A stretch of 64,000 nucleotides of DNA from an uncultured virus (IMG/VR IMGVR_UViG_3300008262_000056). Taxonomy: Duplodnaviria > Heunggongvirae > Uroviricota > Caudoviricetes. The notes beneath the pieces were generated by a model. That model ran no database searches and was not told the DNA's origin. It saw only the letters and a list, made by a program, of their open reading frames with translations. The stretch lies in the IMG/VR virus record IMGVR_UViG_3300008262_000056. One strand, written 5' to 3'. The stretch's first letter is position 1, and the number at the start of each line of letters is the position of its first letter. Position numbers and translations under genes: made by a program. Below are positions 62,003 to 64,000 of the stretch, piece by piece.

Positions 62003-63296
62003 ATGGCGACAGGTAAAAATCGAGAATAATTATTTTGAGAACAAGTACTTCAAAATCATCATTCAAATGATTAGAGAGTATTACACGAAATATGACCACA
62101 CACCGTCGTTTGATACGTTAGAACAAATCACAAAATCTGAATTACAACAAGAAATTGCATCCAAGATTGTTATGGATACAATCAAGAAAATTAAAGATGC
62201 ACCTATCGATGGCGTAGCTTTTGTACAAGAAAAAGCGTTGAAGTTCTGTAAACAACAAGAACTACAAAAGGTAATGGGTAAGGCTCAAAAGATCATTGAT
62301 GGTGGTGAGTTTGAGAGTTACGACACACTTGAAGAAATGGTTAAAACGGCTCTTCAGGTTGGTGCAAAAGACACTACTATGTTAGATGTGTTTTCCAACC
62401 TTGATCAAGTTCTTGAGGATGATTACAGACACCCAATCCCAATGGGAATACCTGGAATCGATAGATTATTAAAAGGAGGTTTGGCAAAAGGGGAAATTGG
62501 TGTTATCTTAGCACCTACAGGTGTCGGTAAGTCAACTATATTAACCAAAATGGCTAATCACGCTTTTAACTTAGGATTTAATGTACTTCAGATCTTTTTT
62601 GAGGACAACCCAAAGGTTATCCAAAGAAAGCATTTCACATTATGGACGAAAGTTCATCCTGACGATTTGTCAGAGAAAAAAGATGAGGTTATGAAGAGAG
62701 TTAGGGAAATTGAGGAATCAATGCCAAATAAATTGATAATGAAAAAGTTACCATCTGATACTATGACGATGTTACAAATTAAAAATCAAATTAGAAAAAT
62801 GGTATCTGATGGGATCAAAGTAGATATGATTGTTTTAGATTATATCGATTGTATTGTTCCTGACAAAAATTTAGGTGATGAATGGAAGAGTGAAGGGTCA
62901 GTGATGAGAGCATTTGAAGCAATGTGTCACGAAATGAATATTGTGGGTTGGACAGCAACTCAAGGTAACAGATCTTCAATATCTTCCGAAGTTGTTACAA
63001 CAGATCAAATGGGTGGATCAATTAAAAAGGCTCAAGTTGGTCACGTTATTATATCAGTTGCAAAGACATTACAACAAAAAGAAATGAAACTAGCAACAAT
63101 TGCAATCACAAAATCACGTATTGGTGATGATGGTGTTGTATTTGAAAACTGTAAGTTTGATAACGCAATGATTGATATAGATACTGAAAGCTCAATGACG
63201 TTCTTAGGTCTTGAAGAACAAAAAGAAGAAAGACAAAGACAAAGAGTTAAGGAACTCTTAGAAAAGAGAAAACAAAGAGAAACACAATCAAATTAA
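62003..63296 (+). CDS. dnaB: DnaB-like replicative helicase (gp41-like); 5' end frame-disrupted near 62015-62021
   Basis: [23 protein letters not shown] and KSRIG. ATG 62003 has AGGAG upstream but is out of frame with the body, whose first ATG is at 62067. Confidence 0.85.
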
Positions 63297-63318
63297 CAAA
63301 ATAAGTAAATTTATAAAA

Positions 63319-64000
63319 ATGGAAAAAATACTAGTAGAAAATCCTGGTCGGTTTGTCATCTTCCCTATCGAACACAATGATATATGGGAATTTTACAAAC
63401 AACACCAAGCAGCGTTTTGGACGGCAGAAGAGGTGGATTTAACTAATGACATCAGAGATTGGGAAAATTTAACAGACAATGAAAAATACTTTATCAAAAA
63501 CGTATTGTCATTTTTCGCGGCTTCTGACGGTATTGTAAACGAAAACTTGGCGGAAAATTTTTACCGAGAAGTGCAATATCCCGAAGCTAAATTCTTTTAC
63601 GGATTCCAATTGGCGATGGAGAACATTCACTCATTAATGTATTCGTTGTTGATCGATACGTACATTAATAACCCAAAGGAGAAAGATGAATGTTTCAATG
63701 CAATTGATAGACTACCCGCGGTTCAGAAGAAAGCCAAATGGGCTTTGGAATGGATTGAAAAGGCATCTTTTGCAGAAAGATTAGTTGCGTTTGCTGCTGT
63801 CGAAGGTATCTTTTTCTCAGGTTCATTCTGTTCTATTTTTTGGATGAAATCAAGAGGGATTATGCAAGGTTTGTGTAACGCTAACTCATTAATCTTTAAA
63901 GATGAAAATTTACATTGTGATTTTGCAATTCACTTATTAAATAACCATTTAGAAAATAAACCTTCCGAAAAAAGAATTAAAGAGATTTTACTTTCGGCAT
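63319..64000 (+). CDS. nrdB: Ribonucleotide reductase class Ia small subunit, 3'-partial
   Basis: Own translation: [17 protein letters not shown]...FWTAEEVDL...[13 protein letters not shown]...ENIHSLMY...EGIFFSGSF...DENLHCDF; runs off the window. Confidence 0.93.
   Translation, partial: MEKILVENPGRFVIFPIEHNDIWEFYKQHQAAFWTAEEVDLTNDIRDWENLTDNEKYFIKNVLSFFAASDGIVNENLAENFYREVQYPEAKFFYGFQLAMENIHSLMYSLLIDTYINNPKEKDECFNAIDRLPAVQKKAKWALEWIEKASFAERLVAFAAVEGIFFSGSFCSIFWMKSRGIMQGLCNANSLIFKDENLHCDFAIHLLNNHLENKPSEKRIKEILLSA

Noticed and set aside
26065..64000. Eukaryotic giant virus origin (PolB, SNF2, eukaryote-like nrdB, GT60)
   Set aside because: Sheath, tube, baseplate, neck, gp32, UvsX and DnaB-like genes with intrinsic terminators indicate a tailed bacteriophage.
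1..64000. Stop-codon reassignment
   Set aside because: Genes are full length and tightly packed in the standard code; TAA, TAG (16795-16797) and TGA (56891-56893) all end genes.

Overview
AT-rich, densely coding segment of a large T4-like contractile-tailed phage genome, probably a jumbo phage. Nothing suggests a cellular chromosome. Three blocks are visible. (1) 1-26 kb is a virion-surface and surface-modification island: a giant fibre gene of over 1,500 residues of G-T-N/G-T-S collagen-like triplets plus a Cys-rich beta-roll head (5'-truncated, frameshifted at 2376/2377), a sulfotransferase, APS kinase with an HxGH nucleotidyltransferase and a DUF2061 protein, six glycosyltransferase-type genes (one with a TibC/Aah-like protein heptosyltransferase domain, one GT60-like), a second collagen-like protein, and LamG, beta-helix and Pro/Thr-linker proteins. 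(2) 26-58 kb holds family B DNA polymerase, neck and tail-completion genes, a peptidase-SOD fusion, SNF2 helicase, sheath, tube, tail chaperone with a candidate +1 frameshift, tape measure and two very large baseplate proteins. (3) 58-64 kb holds gp32-like SSB, UvsX/RecA, 5'-3' exonuclease, a DnaB-like helicase with a frame-broken 5' end, and a partial nrdB. Best leads: a phage-encoded glycosylation/sulfation system for its own fibres, the UUU_CGG +1 frameshift, a sense-strand TATTTAT late-promoter candidate, and the SOD polyprotein. All family calls come from motif recognition by eye; no searches were run.
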